From Candidatus Hermodarchaeota archaeon (GTDB lineage: Archaea > Asgardarchaeota > Lokiarchaeia > Sigyniarchaeales > SOKP01): a DNA stretch of 30,905 nucleotides. The stretch spans positions 1 to 30,905 of the forward strand of contig JBHLLP010000040.1 of the NCBI GenBank assembly GCA_048885525.1, in the 5' to 3' direction. The notes beneath the pieces were generated by a model that worked only from the letters and a program-made list of their open reading frames with translations, did no database searches and had not been told where the DNA came from. A program made the translations under genes and the position numbers. Shown piece by piece: positions 9,862 to 19,747 of the stretch (position 1 is its first letter; every line of letters begins with the position of its first letter).

Positions 9862-11787
9862 TTAAGCATGTTTTTGCTTTATAAGGGTTAATTTTCCACC
9901 CGCCATTAATTCTTCTAAATCTTGCTTACTAAGAGAATGAGTTAATTCGATATCAAGATTTTTTGAAATATTTTTTAATGAGACTTTGCCAGATTTAATC
10001 GTAGTTAAATCAATCTCAAACTTATCTCCAGGTTCTATTCTATTATAATCTTCTTTATTTACAAAAGTTAAAGGTACAATTCCAAAATTTACAAGGTTTG
10101 CTAAATGTATACGAGCAAAGCTCTTCACTATAACAGCCTTGATTCCAAGATACTTAGGGGCAATTGCTGCATGTTCACGACTTGAACCTTGTCCATAGTT
10201 ATCTCCTCCAACAATAAATCCTCCTCCTTTTTCAAGGGACCGATGATGGAATGATTCATCAACAACATTGAAAACAAATTTACTAATTTCAGGAATATTA
10301 CTTCTCAAAGGTAAAATTTTAGCTCCAGCAGGCATAATATGGTCTGTTGTGATATCATCCTCAACCTTCAGTAGAACTTCTCCTTCTAATTTATTGGGTA
10401 GGGGATTAAATTCTGGTAAGGGCTTGATATTCGGACCTCTCACTATTTCTACCTTTTTAGCTTCTTCAGGAGGTAATGGAGGGATGATTAAATTATCATT
10501 AACATTGAACCATTCAGGCATTTCAATTTTGGGTAAATCACCAAACTTTCTTGGATCTGTAATTTTACCCTCAATAGCAGCCATTGCAGCAGTCTCAGGG
10601 CTAACTAAATAAGCATTAGCATCCTTAGTCCCTGTTCTTCCAAGAAAATTCCTGTTGAATGTTCTTAAAGAAACAGCTCCACTTTTTGGGGCTAATCCCA
10701 TTCCAATACATGGACCACATGCATTTTCTAATATCCTTGCTCCAGCTTTGACCAAATAACCCATTTCTCCGGATTCTATCATATGATCTACAACTTGTCG
10801 AGAACCAGGAGATACAGTTAAAACAGTATTTAGATTAATTGTCTTCCCTTTTAGCATATTTGCTACAATTTTAAGATCTCTTAATGATGAATTAGTACAA
10901 CTTCCGATGCAGACTTGATCTACATTTAATCCTTCTAATTCTTTAATAGTTTTAACATTACCAGGACTATGAGGTTCAGCTATTAAGGGTTCAATTTCGT
11001 TTAAATTAATTTCGATTGTCTCGTCATATTCAGCATCTTCATCTGGTTCTAATGAAATCCATTGATCTCCTCTTGCTTGGCCGTTTAAAAATTCTTTAGT
11101 AATCTCATCAGAAGGAAAAATTGATGTTGTAGCTCCGGTTTCAGTTCCCATATTAGTTATTGTTCCTCTTTCAGGAACCGTTAGAGTCTTTATTCCTGGA
11201 CCTAAATACTCTAGAACTTTATTTACGCCACCCTTGACTCCAATTCTCCTTAACACTTCTAATATTACATCTTTTGCAGATACAAAATCTGGTAGCTTTC
11301 CTGTTAAGTATACTTTTACAATCTTAGGCATTTTTAAGCGGAATGGTTCACCAGCCATTGCAGCGGCTACATCAAGTCCTCCTGCTCCAATTGCTATTGA
11401 TCCAACACCCCCACCAGTAGGTGTGTGACTATCACTGCCTAATAATGTTCTGCCTGGTCGAGCAAACCGTTCGAGATGGACTTGATGGCAAATACCATTT
11501 CCCGGCCGTGAAAAATATAAACCATATTTAGCGGCTATACTTTGAAGATAGCGATGATCATCGGGATTTTTAAAGTCAGTCTGCAATGTATTATGATCAA
11601 CGTAACTTACGGATAATTCAGTTTGAACTCGAGAGACACCCATTGCTTCAAATTGTAAATATGCCATTGTACCAGTAGCATCTTGTGTTAATGTTTGATC
11701 AATTTTTATAGCAATATCAGTATCCTTTTCTAATTTACCTTCAACTAAATGTTGCTCCAAGATTTTTTCAGTTAAGGTTTTTCCCAT
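9862..11787 (-). CDS. Aconitate hydratase (compact ~640-aa type)
   Basis: QDATG, VDHN, GICHQ, GSDSHT, IGSCTN and CGPCIG [4Fe-4S] cysteines, ITTDHI, NYGQGSSREHAA swivel domain; alternative TTG starts at 11793/11796. Confidence 0.9.
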   Translation of the reverse strand: MGKTLTEKILEQHLVEGKLEKDTDIAIKIDQTLTQDATGTMAYLQFEAMGVSRVQTELSVSYVDHNTLQTDFKNPDDHRYLQSIAAKYGLYFSRPGNGICHQVHLERFARPGRTLLGSDSHTPTGGGVGSIAIGAGGLDVAAAMAGEPFRLKMPKIVKVYLTGKLPDFVSAKDVILEVLRRIGVKGGVNKVLEYLGPGIKTLTVPERGTITNMGTETGATTSIFPSDEITKEFLNGQARGDQWISLEPDEDAEYDETIEINLNEIEPLIAEPHSPGNVKTIKELEGLNVDQVCIGSCTNSSLRDLKIVANMLKGKTINLNTVLTVSPGSRQVVDHMIESGEMGYLVKAGARILENACGPCIGMGLAPKSGAVSLRTFNRNFLGRTGTKDANAYLVSPETAAMAAIEGKITDPRKFGDLPKIEMPEWFNVNDNLIIPPLPPEEAKKVEIVRGPNIKPLPEFNPLPNKLEGEVLLKVEDDITTDHIMPAGAKILPLRSNIPEISKFVFNVVDESFHHRSLEKGGGFIVGGDNYGQGSSREHAAIAPKYLGIKAVIVKSFARIHLANLVNFGIVPLTFVNKEDYNRIEPGDKFEIDLTTIKSGKVSLKNISKNLDIELTHSLSKQDLEELMAGGKLTLIKQKHA

Positions 11788-11994
11788 TTTCAACAACTAT
11801 AGTTAATATTTTTAATATTTCTGGATAAAATTTATGCTAAAATTATTAAAATTAAAATATTATTAAATTTTTCTTTTCATTTTCACCCATCTTTATCCCC
11901 ATTTCTATAATATTTAGAGAATTTATTATTCAATTAGGTTTAACTATTTAAATTTTAGATAATTCTCAAAATCATATTTTTTATATTTAAATTA

Positions 11995-12516
11995 TTGATT
12001 AAAATGAGGCAAGATTTAGAATCACTCACCAGAGAGGAATTATTAGATTATATAGAAGATCTTTCTAAAAATTGGTTAGCTATTGATGGTACATGGTTTC
12101 AAACTGTTGAACACGAATATGGACTTGATAAGGCGATAGAGTTAGATGTTAAACAATGGGAAAGGTTTACTGTTATTGAAGCTAAAAGAATAATGAAACG
12201 ATTTAAAATTGCTGAAAATGGTGGTATTCCTGCTCTTATTAAAGCTTTAAAATATCGAGTTTACGCGAATATCAATATTCAGGAAGTCATTGAAGTTTCG
12301 GAAAATAAATGTGTGTTTAGGATGAATGATTGTCGTGTGCAATCTGCTAGAAAATTAAGAGGTCTTCCAGATTTTCCTTGTAAACAAGTTGGAATGACAG
12401 AGTATGGTTTATTTGCCAAAACTATAGATCCTCGAATAAAAACAAAATGTATTGCATGTCCTCCCGGTAAACACCCAGATAATTATTGGTGTGCTTGGGA
12501 GTTTACTATAGTATAA
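11995..12516 (+). CDS. DUF6125 family protein
   Basis: WLAIDGTWF, CRVQSAR, FPCK, IDPRI, CPP..H...WCAWEF; ATG 12004 is an alternative start. Confidence 0.8.
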   Translation: MIKMRQDLESLTREELLDYIEDLSKNWLAIDGTWFQTVEHEYGLDKAIELDVKQWERFTVIEAKRIMKRFKIAENGGIPALIKALKYRVYANINIQEVIEVSENKCVFRMNDCRVQSARKLRGLPDFPCKQVGMTEYGLFAKTIDPRIKTKCIACPPGKHPDNYWCAWEFTIV

Positions 12517-12712
12517 ATAAATTTTCTTTACTTTTTTTTTAATTAAATGCGAAGAAAATCGTTTAACTCGCCTTTTAACATGCGCTATAAAAAGTTTAAA
12601 AAGTTAATTAACTTAAAACTACTATAACAAGCTTAAAATTTAAAAGATTTGCATATTTTACAAAAATATTAAATATAAAAAATAAACCAAAATTATTAAA
12701 AATTGATGATAT

Positions 12713-13147
12713 ATGTCTATTGAAAATATTAGAGGCCAAATTAGCGCCAAAGAAGATGAAATAACCCGAATAGAGGAAGACGCTTCAAAAAGAGAAGGAT
12801 CAGCAGAAGCTGAAATCGAAGAAGAATATGATCCTAAAATTCAAGAAGCAGAAACAAAAGTTAAAGAGGAAGAAAGTTTACGTGATGAAGCAATTCAAAA
12901 AGCGGAAGAATGGACAAATAAGAAGAAAGAGAAGATAGCATCTGCTAAAGCTGCTAATAAAACCCTTTCTCAATTAAAAAGTGAGAAAGAAAAAGCTTTA
13001 AATGGTAAATTAAAAGAGATTGCGAATGAGAAAAAGGCTAAAATCAAGCAAATTCAAGGAGAAATAAAAAGTTTACAGAAACAAATAGCTGCCATAGAAA
13101 AAGAGGAAGCCAAAGCTGCTGCCGCAGCTGCAGCTGCTGAAGAATAA
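12713..13147 (+). CDS. Coiled-coil hypothetical protein with poly-Ala tail
   Basis: E/K/A-rich heptad pattern, acidic N-half and basic C-half. Confidence 0.8.
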   Translation: MSIENIRGQISAKEDEITRIEEDASKREGSAEAEIEEEYDPKIQEAETKVKEEESLRDEAIQKAEEWTNKKKEKIASAKAANKTLSQLKSEKEKALNGKLKEIANEKKAKIKQIQGEIKSLQKQIAAIEKEEAKAAAAAAAAEE

Positions 13148-13226
13148 GTGTATTTATTACTAATGTATAATCTTATTTATTAATTTTTTTAATTTTTTAT
13201 TAAGAATCAATTCATATGATTTAGAT

Positions 13227-13793
13227 TTGATAATTTTAACTGGTTTTGGACCATATGGAAAATTTAAATCGAATTTAAGCGGTGATATTGCAAAAGAGTT
13301 CTCTTTTAAAATTCAAAATTTCCAATTAAAAAAAGAGATAATTCCAGTAAGTTGGATGCAAAGCATTAATTTGTATAAGGATTTGCTTATAAATTTAAAC
13401 TGTAAACCTGATCTAGTAGTACTTCTAGGCATTCATTCTAGTAAGAATTATCATCTTGAAAGATATGGATGGAATTTTAATATGGGTAAGGATATTGAAA
13501 AAAAAGTCAAATTTGGACTTATAAAAGTATGTCCACACTTATGGATTAGAACAACTATAAATTTACTTAAAATTTTTTCAGTTATTAAAGATAAATCATA
13601 TTTTTCTATCTCTAATTATGCTGGTTCATATCTATGCAATTATCTATACTATTGGGCACTCTATATTTCTAATAAAGACTATCCTGTAATTTTCATTCAT
13701 ATTCCTTCTAATGGTAATATAATTGAAAGTTCTAAGAAAATTGAAATAATTTTAGAAGCTATATTAAAAACACATTTGAAAGAGGATTTATAA
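13227..13793 (+). CDS. pcp: Pyroglutamyl-peptidase I (peptidase C15)
   Basis: LTGFGPY; LER (Glu), AGSYLCN (Cys) and FIHIP (His) catalytic triad. Confidence 0.8.
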   Translation: MIILTGFGPYGKFKSNLSGDIAKEFSFKIQNFQLKKEIIPVSWMQSINLYKDLLINLNCKPDLVVLLGIHSSKNYHLERYGWNFNMGKDIEKKVKFGLIKVCPHLWIRTTINLLKIFSVIKDKSYFSISNYAGSYLCNYLYYWALYISNKDYPVIFIHIPSNGNIIESSKKIEIILEAILKTHLKEDL

Positions 13794-13931
13794 GTTTAAA
13801 GGTAATTTTTGACCTTTTTCGTTGATTAAGTCTTTCAGAACCTCAGGTTGGATTCTCAATTCATCGTAAAGCCAATTTAATTGCCTCATCTTAGAGTTGT
13901 ATATTTCTACTTCCTCTTCGAATAGTTCCAT
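13788..13931 (-). CDS. Small hypothetical protein, 47 aa (MELFEEEVEIYNSKMRQLNWLYDELRIQPEVLKDLINEKGQKLPLNL)
   Basis: Hand-translated ATG-to-TAA ORF below the track cutoff; fills the gap and overlaps the pcp stop tail-to-tail. Confidence 0.6.
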   Translation of the reverse strand: MELFEEEVEIYNSKMRQLNWLYDELRIQPEVLKDLINEKGQKLPLNL

Positions 13932-14077
13932 AATAAATTACTTTAGTTATAGTTATACTATAATCCAAGAGATTCAATAATACATATTTATCTAAGTAAT
14001 ATCTATATGTTACTTCAAAAAATAATAGAGAAGTGGCTTTTGTAAAACCATTAAAAAGATTTTAAAGTTAATAAAAT

Positions 14078-14491
14078 CTAAGATTTTAAATATTTATTTT
14101 GAATATCTTCAAGTTCATACATAATACTTTCAATTGGTTCTCCATTTATTACTTTATGTAATTTATTAACTAATTCTTCAGGGAAGATATCAAATTCAGT
14201 AATAAATTGTCGATACTCCTTAAATTCATCTGATACTTCATACATATCTGAACTTCTTTTTAGATCGAATTCTCTTGTAACAATCTGAACAAAGGATTTA
14301 ATTAGATCGTTATAAAATTCATTTTCTAATTGTTCAACTGTATAATTGACGTCATAAATCAGATGATCATATTTTTTATTTATATTTTGAATTTCTTCTT
14401 CTCTTTTTGTATTAATTTCATCGATTTTAGGCTGCAGTTCCTTTTTCTTAGCATCCAACTCTTTAAGTCTGGACTTTAATTGATTACTCAT
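14078..14491 (-). CDS. Hypothetical protein with N-terminal coiled coil
   Basis: Clean ORF, heptad-rich N-terminus. Confidence 0.75.
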   Translation of the reverse strand: MSNQLKSRLKELDAKKKELQPKIDEINTKREEEIQNINKKYDHLIYDVNYTVEQLENEFYNDLIKSFVQIVTREFDLKRSSDMYEVSDEFKEYRQFITEFDIFPEELVNKLHKVINGEPIESIMYELEDIQNKYLKS

Positions 14492-14636
14492 AATAGTTTT
14501 TAATAAAGGAAATTATTTAAAGAATTAGTTGAAAAAGTATGGTGTGTTTTTCAATTAATAAAATCTTAATACAACAATTCATTTAGAAATTTAACTCATC
14601 AAATTACTTGATATTTTATTTAACTTCAATTTTAAT

Positions 14637-15545
14637 ATGCCAAAAGAAATCGTTATTCCAGAACCAGAAAGTGGCTTAAAATTTATTGATGTTCATTGTC
14701 ATTTACCTTTTCATCGTCTTAAGAATGACCAGTTACCCTCTGATGAAGAGCAATATTTTAATTACTTCAAAATGGGAGGAATTTTTTTAATTACAAGCAC
14801 TATAGATATGCAAACTTTGAATTTAACAATCGATTTTATGAAAAAATTTAATAAAAACTTTGGTTTTACTTGTGGTTGGGCTCCCCAAACAGTAACCTAT
14901 ACTCCCAAAGATAGATATGATTTGGAATGGAAGAATTGGGTTGAGTTTATTCAAAAAAATCAAGAAAGTTATCTAGCAATTGGAGAAATTGGTTTAGATT
15001 TTCATCATGCTAAGACTTTAGAAAAAAGAAATAAACAAATAGAAGTATTTAAAAAAATATTAGAGCTAACTAATGATTTTGATAAGCCTTACATTTTACA
15101 TGTTAGGAATGCCGGTCAACATGAGTTTGATAGACAAAATCCAAAACATAGATTTAATAAAAGTGATGGTGTTAACAAGGAGATTCTCAATATATTAAAG
15201 GAATTTAAAATAAAACCTCAAAGAGTTCTATGGCATTGTTTTGCTGGACCTGAAGAATATGGGAGAACTTTGCCAAATCAAGGATTTATACTATCTGTTC
15301 CTAGTTCCGCATATGGATTTGAAAGATGGCGCAAGGTTTCGAAATTATCACCATTAGAATCGCTAGTAACTGAAACAGATTCTTACTATCAGCATCCCTA
15401 TAAAAGAGGTCCGTTAAATGTTCCTTCAAATGTGCGATATTCAATAGCAGCAATTGCTTATTCTCATAATGTTTCACAAAAACTGGTAAGTGAGAAAACA
15501 CTAGAAAATGCAATAAAATTCTTTAATCTAAAAATTGAGAATTAA
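14637..15545 (+). CDS. TatD family metal-dependent hydrolase/DNase
   Basis: IDVHCHL, AIGEIGLDF, LHVR, WHCF, ETDS motifs. Confidence 0.9.
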   Translation: MPKEIVIPEPESGLKFIDVHCHLPFHRLKNDQLPSDEEQYFNYFKMGGIFLITSTIDMQTLNLTIDFMKKFNKNFGFTCGWAPQTVTYTPKDRYDLEWKNWVEFIQKNQESYLAIGEIGLDFHHAKTLEKRNKQIEVFKKILELTNDFDKPYILHVRNAGQHEFDRQNPKHRFNKSDGVNKEILNILKEFKIKPQRVLWHCFAGPEEYGRTLPNQGFILSVPSSAYGFERWRKVSKLSPLESLVTETDSYYQHPYKRGPLNVPSNVRYSIAAIAYSHNVSQKLVSEKTLENAIKFFNLKIEN

Positions 15546-15611
15546 AACCTTATTTATTAATAACAATTCATTATTCCATAGAAAAAATAAATTTAGAAAA
15601 TGAAGTAAATT

Positions 15612-16127
15612 ATGAAAATTTTAGTAACATATTTTTCCAAAACTGGAAATTCAGAAAAAGTTGCTTATAGTATCAAAAAAGGTTTAGAAGGTCAAGAAGT
15701 TGATATAATGCCAACAAAAGATGTTAATCCAATTAATTTAAATAAATATGATTTAATTTTTTTAGGATCTGGTATTTATGCCAGTCGTGTTAATAAAGCA
15801 CTACCAGATTTAGTAAATGCTGCTCAAGAATTGCCTCAAAATTTTGTATTCTTTTGTACTCATGCTAGTGCTGAAAGTTATCAAGATGGTTTTAAATTAG
15901 TTAAAAGAACCCTTAATAAATTCAATGTTAATATTATAGATGAATTTGATTGCATGGGAGAAAATATAGGTATCCCTAAAGCAACAATTTTATCAATGTT
16001 AAAAAAATTACCTCCTGAAAAAAGAAAAGAAGCTGAAGAGCATCAAAAAAGGCTTAAAGGTCGTCCAAATGATGAAGATCTTGAGAATGCTAGAAAGTTT
16101 GCTCAATCTATAATTGAGAAGTTATAA
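15612..16127 (+). CDS. Flavodoxin family protein
   Basis: YFSKTGNSEKVA FMN phosphate loop, YDLIFLGSGIY, RPNDEDLENARKFA. Confidence 0.9.
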   Translation: MKILVTYFSKTGNSEKVAYSIKKGLEGQEVDIMPTKDVNPINLNKYDLIFLGSGIYASRVNKALPDLVNAAQELPQNFVFFCTHASAESYQDGFKLVKRTLNKFNVNIIDEFDCMGENIGIPKATILSMLKKLPPEKRKEAEEHQKRLKGRPNDEDLENARKFAQSIIEKL

Positions 16128-16256
16128 CTAATAATTTTAGCAACATCTATCTTTTTTTTTTTATAAAAAATAACAATTAGTCTAAAATTCATTTAAATAT
16201 TTGATATTTTAGTTTTAGAATATAGAATATTTTAAATCTAAAAAAAGGTGTTTTAA

Positions 16257-17351
16257 TTGAAAAGAAGCGCAAGAATTGTTTTAATTGTTGTTGCTGCTTG
16301 TATAGTTACTGGAGGTACAGCATTTGGGGTTTTAATAGCTACTACATGGGGAGAATATAGATACTCAAATACTTATTATTATACACCTGGAGCTCCTTCA
16401 CCAATAGAAGAGCTGGGTGTTTTATGTGATGTAGGGAAAATAAATATAAACTATAATAGCACTCCAACAGATTATTATACTAAAATTGAACTAAATATTA
16501 GAATTATTGGAGGATTTGTAGAAGGAAAAACTTTTTCCGACTTTTTTTATCCACTTCAATGGTTAAATGGATCTTCCCCTATAACATTTGATCTTGATAC
16601 TAAACCAACAACATGGTTTATTTTTGGAATATCATACAACATAACTATCGATGTTACATTAAGAACAGATATAATATATGATATTTCTGCGATTTCTAGT
16701 ACTGGTTCGATAAAAATGAACACACCAGATAATTCTATTGTTAATAATGCAATTTTAGAAACGTCTACAGGATCAATTTCTCTAAATACTGCTGAAAATA
16801 CTACATTTCAAGGAAGTCTTGAAATGACTACAAGTACTGGTAGTATTACAATGTTCGCTAAAAAAACAGATTTTAGTCATGGATTAAAAACATCCACTTC
16901 TACCAGTCATTTAATATTAAATTTTACAAGCTGCGTTATTGGTGGTAATTTAAAAGGAATGAGTTCAACAGGATCAATAGTTATAAATAGCTATAATATG
17001 ATATATACAACTAACAGTATCTGGGATTTTGACACATCTACAGGAAGTATTGATGTTAATATTTTTCAGTATATCGAAATGGGAGCTAATGTCACTGGTT
17101 CGGTAATGACATCAACAGCTAGTATTGATGTGTATTATAAAGATAACTCAGCAAATATTGGTACTAAATTTACATGTTCTACTTCTACGGGTTCAATAGG
17201 ATATTCTAGTATAGGAACTGGTGGTTTTACTGAGACTGGAGTTGATCCAATAATTATTACATCAGATGATTATAATATTGCATCTAATAAGTACACTCTT
17301 AGTATAGCCACATCTACAGGCAGTATAGGAATACAAGGTGAAAGTTTATAA
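16257..17351 (+). CDS. Membrane-anchored beta-strand repeat protein (DUF4097/adhesin-like)
   Basis: N-terminal TM; about nine (T/S)STGSI-like repeats; AGGTG SD 6 nt before TTG. Confidence 0.7.
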   Translation: MKRSARIVLIVVAACIVTGGTAFGVLIATTWGEYRYSNTYYYTPGAPSPIEELGVLCDVGKININYNSTPTDYYTKIELNIRIIGGFVEGKTFSDFFYPLQWLNGSSPITFDLDTKPTTWFIFGISYNITIDVTLRTDIIYDISAISSTGSIKMNTPDNSIVNNAILETSTGSISLNTAENTTFQGSLEMTTSTGSITMFAKKTDFSHGLKTSTSTSHLILNFTSCVIGGNLKGMSSTGSIVINSYNMIYTTNSIWDFDTSTGSIDVNIFQYIEMGANVTGSVMTSTASIDVYYKDNSANIGTKFTCSTSTGSIGYSSIGTGGFTETGVDPIIITSDDYNIASNKYTLSIATSTGSIGIQGESL

Positions 17352-17568
17352 TATTAGGAGTTTAATTTTTCTTTTTTTTCTTTTAATCTTCTTCTTATTT
17401 CAAATCATTTAATAAATCAATTAAATTTTAAACTTTAATCATCCTTTAATATTGATTAAAACAATTGGAATACTGACGATCAAATAAAACCTTTTAAAAT
17501 ATACAATATATACTTAATTATCTTTTAATCAAAGATGGAAGTAAAAACAGAAAGGAAGTGTTATACAA

Positions 17569-18000
17569 ATGGTTAGTGAAGATTTACTAAAAAAGTTAAA
17601 AGATATGAGAGATGGAGTTGGTGAGAGAAAACCATCTGATGCTCTTTTACTATGTGAAGCTTTTAAGCAACTTGCGGCTGAAAATGAAGATATAAAAGAA
17701 GAAGTAGAAGACATGGACCTTACAGTTGTTCAATTTGAATGGACTGATGTAGGTTATAAATATTGGGTAAAATTTGGAGAAGGACAAGTAGACTATGCCG
17801 AGGGTGAAGCTGAAGATCCAAGTTGTACCATGAAGGCAACAAGTACAACTTGGGCTGGTTTAGGTTCTGGCGAAATAGATGCTACTAGCGCTTATATGAG
17901 TGGAGATCTGCAGATTGAGGGTAATCTTCAAGATGCAATAGCATATGGGGAAATTAATGGAATGGTTGGAGATGTATTAAAAGAACTTGGAGGAGAATAA
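17569..18000 (+). CDS. SCP2 sterol/lipid-binding domain protein
   Basis: GEIDATSAYMSGDLQIEGN SCP2 signature. Confidence 0.85.
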   Translation: MVSEDLLKKLKDMRDGVGERKPSDALLLCEAFKQLAAENEDIKEEVEDMDLTVVQFEWTDVGYKYWVKFGEGQVDYAEGEAEDPSCTMKATSTTWAGLGSGEIDATSAYMSGDLQIEGNLQDAIAYGEINGMVGDVLKELGGE

Positions 18001-18258
18001 TCCACTAAAATTAAAAGTAATTTTAGTAAACAATAAATTCTAACTTTTTTTATTACTTTTTCTATTTTTAAATCTAACTAATAGAGATATAAATACATAG
18101 TTTATTAAAAAAACCATAAATCTCTAAACGAGATTATATATATTAAAATTTGATCTTTAATATTCTTTTTAACACATAGAACAGCATTTTGTTGTATTCA
18201 ATAGAAAAAAAATCAAGACACCCTTTTTTTAAAATTCCTCCTGCTCGATATTTACCAT

Positions 18259-19734
18259 TTATGTATTCCACCGTCCAGGGTTGAATATGTTATTAGGATC
18301 CATAAATTTTTTCACTTTATCAAATAATTTAAGCCACCCTGGATTAATTTTATTTCGTAATTTTGCTGTTATCCAAGAAGGCGTTTTATAGGGGATACAT
18401 CCCAGATCAATACAAACATCAGCTATTTCCTCCATTACTTTTAATATTTTATCTCTTTCAGAAAATCGTTTAAATCTAAATATTGGGCGAAAGATACCGT
18501 AATGACCACTTTTCATAATTTTAATGTAATTAAAAGGAGGGACATCATATTTTTGATAAATCTTATCCGTTTTTTCTATTAATTCCTCAAATTTATGAGA
18601 AGGAGCATAAGCACCAAACCATGTAAGACCGCTATATTCATGGAGAGAAAGAATCTGTGATGGTAAATCATAAATATTTCGGGCTTTTAAATTGAAGAGT
18701 TTGGCAAATTCGTTATAGTTAATGAGATGAATTTTAGTTCCTTGATTGTTTAAATCATCGATTATATTATTTAAGATTTCTAACTTAGCTTCCATTTGCT
18801 TTTCGGTTTTTGCTGAAATAGGCATTACACCAGTATAAGGAGGTTCACCAGGATATCTTTTAGGTTCCGGAATTCCAACTTCCATTTTTGCTACTTCAAC
18901 TGAAAATGCAGCAATATCATTAATAATTTCTGCTCTACCAACTTCTCTTAAAAAAGGACCTATATCAGTTAACCCAAAACAGACAACAAGCTGAGGTTTT
19001 TCAATAGGCTCTTTTGGCCATAATTGAATAGAGCACTTAGTTACAAGCCCAGTCATCCCCTGCCAATTCACAAATAACCCTAATAGATCTGGCATTGGAT
19101 ATCGACACCACCAACTATCTGGATCTGCTGCCTCTTTACCATAAAAACATGAACCAATACGAACAATTTCTCCATCTGCAGTTATAACTTCTAGGCCGTT
19201 GATTGAATCTGCCATTGATCCAATTTTAGCCCCTAAATTTGTCATACCACTAAGAAGTGCATTCCCAGCAATTCCTGCATATGGAGGTGCATTAGGATAA
19301 CTATATCTAAGATTAGGATAGTTATCATCTAAATATTTTTTCAATTGACCGAAGGTTACACCTGGCTCCACTATTACGTACATCATATTCTCATTAATGT
19401 GAAGAATTTTATTCATTTTTTTTCCAAAATCAACAATAATTCCACCATAATTTGGAATTGTCAAACCTCCTACATTATTTCCAGTTGCATATGGAATAAT
19501 TGGAATTATGTAATGATTACAGAATTTAACAAGTTGAACTAATTGTTCTACATTTTCAGGAATAACAACAAAATCTGGCATGTGTGGTTCGTTTTCCGTC
19601 ATATCATAAGAATAAGGATAAAGATCAACTTGTTTGCTGCTAACATATGTGGCACCAAACATTTCTACTAATTTAGTATAGACATCTTGCTTGGTAATCT
19701 TTTCAAATATATTTCTTTGATTTACTTTTGTAAT
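18259..19734 (-). CDS. FAD-binding oxidoreductase, VAO/PCMH (GlcD/PchF-like) family
   Basis: PDFVVIPEN, VEPGVT, GLEVITADG, PDLLGLF..QG.TGLVTK, DPNNIFNPG; frame is open above ATG 19662 and a start at ATT 19734 is proposed. Confidence 0.85.
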   Translation of the reverse strand: MTKVNQRNIFEKITKQDVYTKLVEMFGATYVSSKQVDLYPYSYDMTENEPHMPDFVVIPENVEQLVQLVKFCNHYIIPIIPYATGNNVGGLTIPNYGGIIVDFGKKMNKILHINENMMYVIVEPGVTFGQLKKYLDDNYPNLRYSYPNAPPYAGIAGNALLSGMTNLGAKIGSMADSINGLEVITADGEIVRIGSCFYGKEAADPDSWWCRYPMPDLLGLFVNWQGMTGLVTKCSIQLWPKEPIEKPQLVVCFGLTDIGPFLREVGRAEIINDIAAFSVEVAKMEVGIPEPKRYPGEPPYTGVMPISAKTEKQMEAKLEILNNIIDDLNNQGTKIHLINYNEFAKLFNLKARNIYDLPSQILSLHEYSGLTWFGAYAPSHKFEELIEKTDKIYQKYDVPPFNYIKIMKSGHYGIFRPIFRFKRFSERDKILKVMEEIADVCIDLGCIPYKTPSWITAKLRNKINPGWLKLFDKVKKFMDPNNIFNPGRWNT

Positions 19735-19740
19735 TTCATT

Positions 19741-19746
19741 CCACCT
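19741..19746 (-). promoter_or_regulatory. Shine-Dalgarno-like AGGTGG for the FAD oxidoreductase
   Basis: Same motif as SD sites of genes at 220 and 16257; 6 nt upstream of in-frame ATT. Confidence 0.55.
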
Positions 19747-19747
19747 T

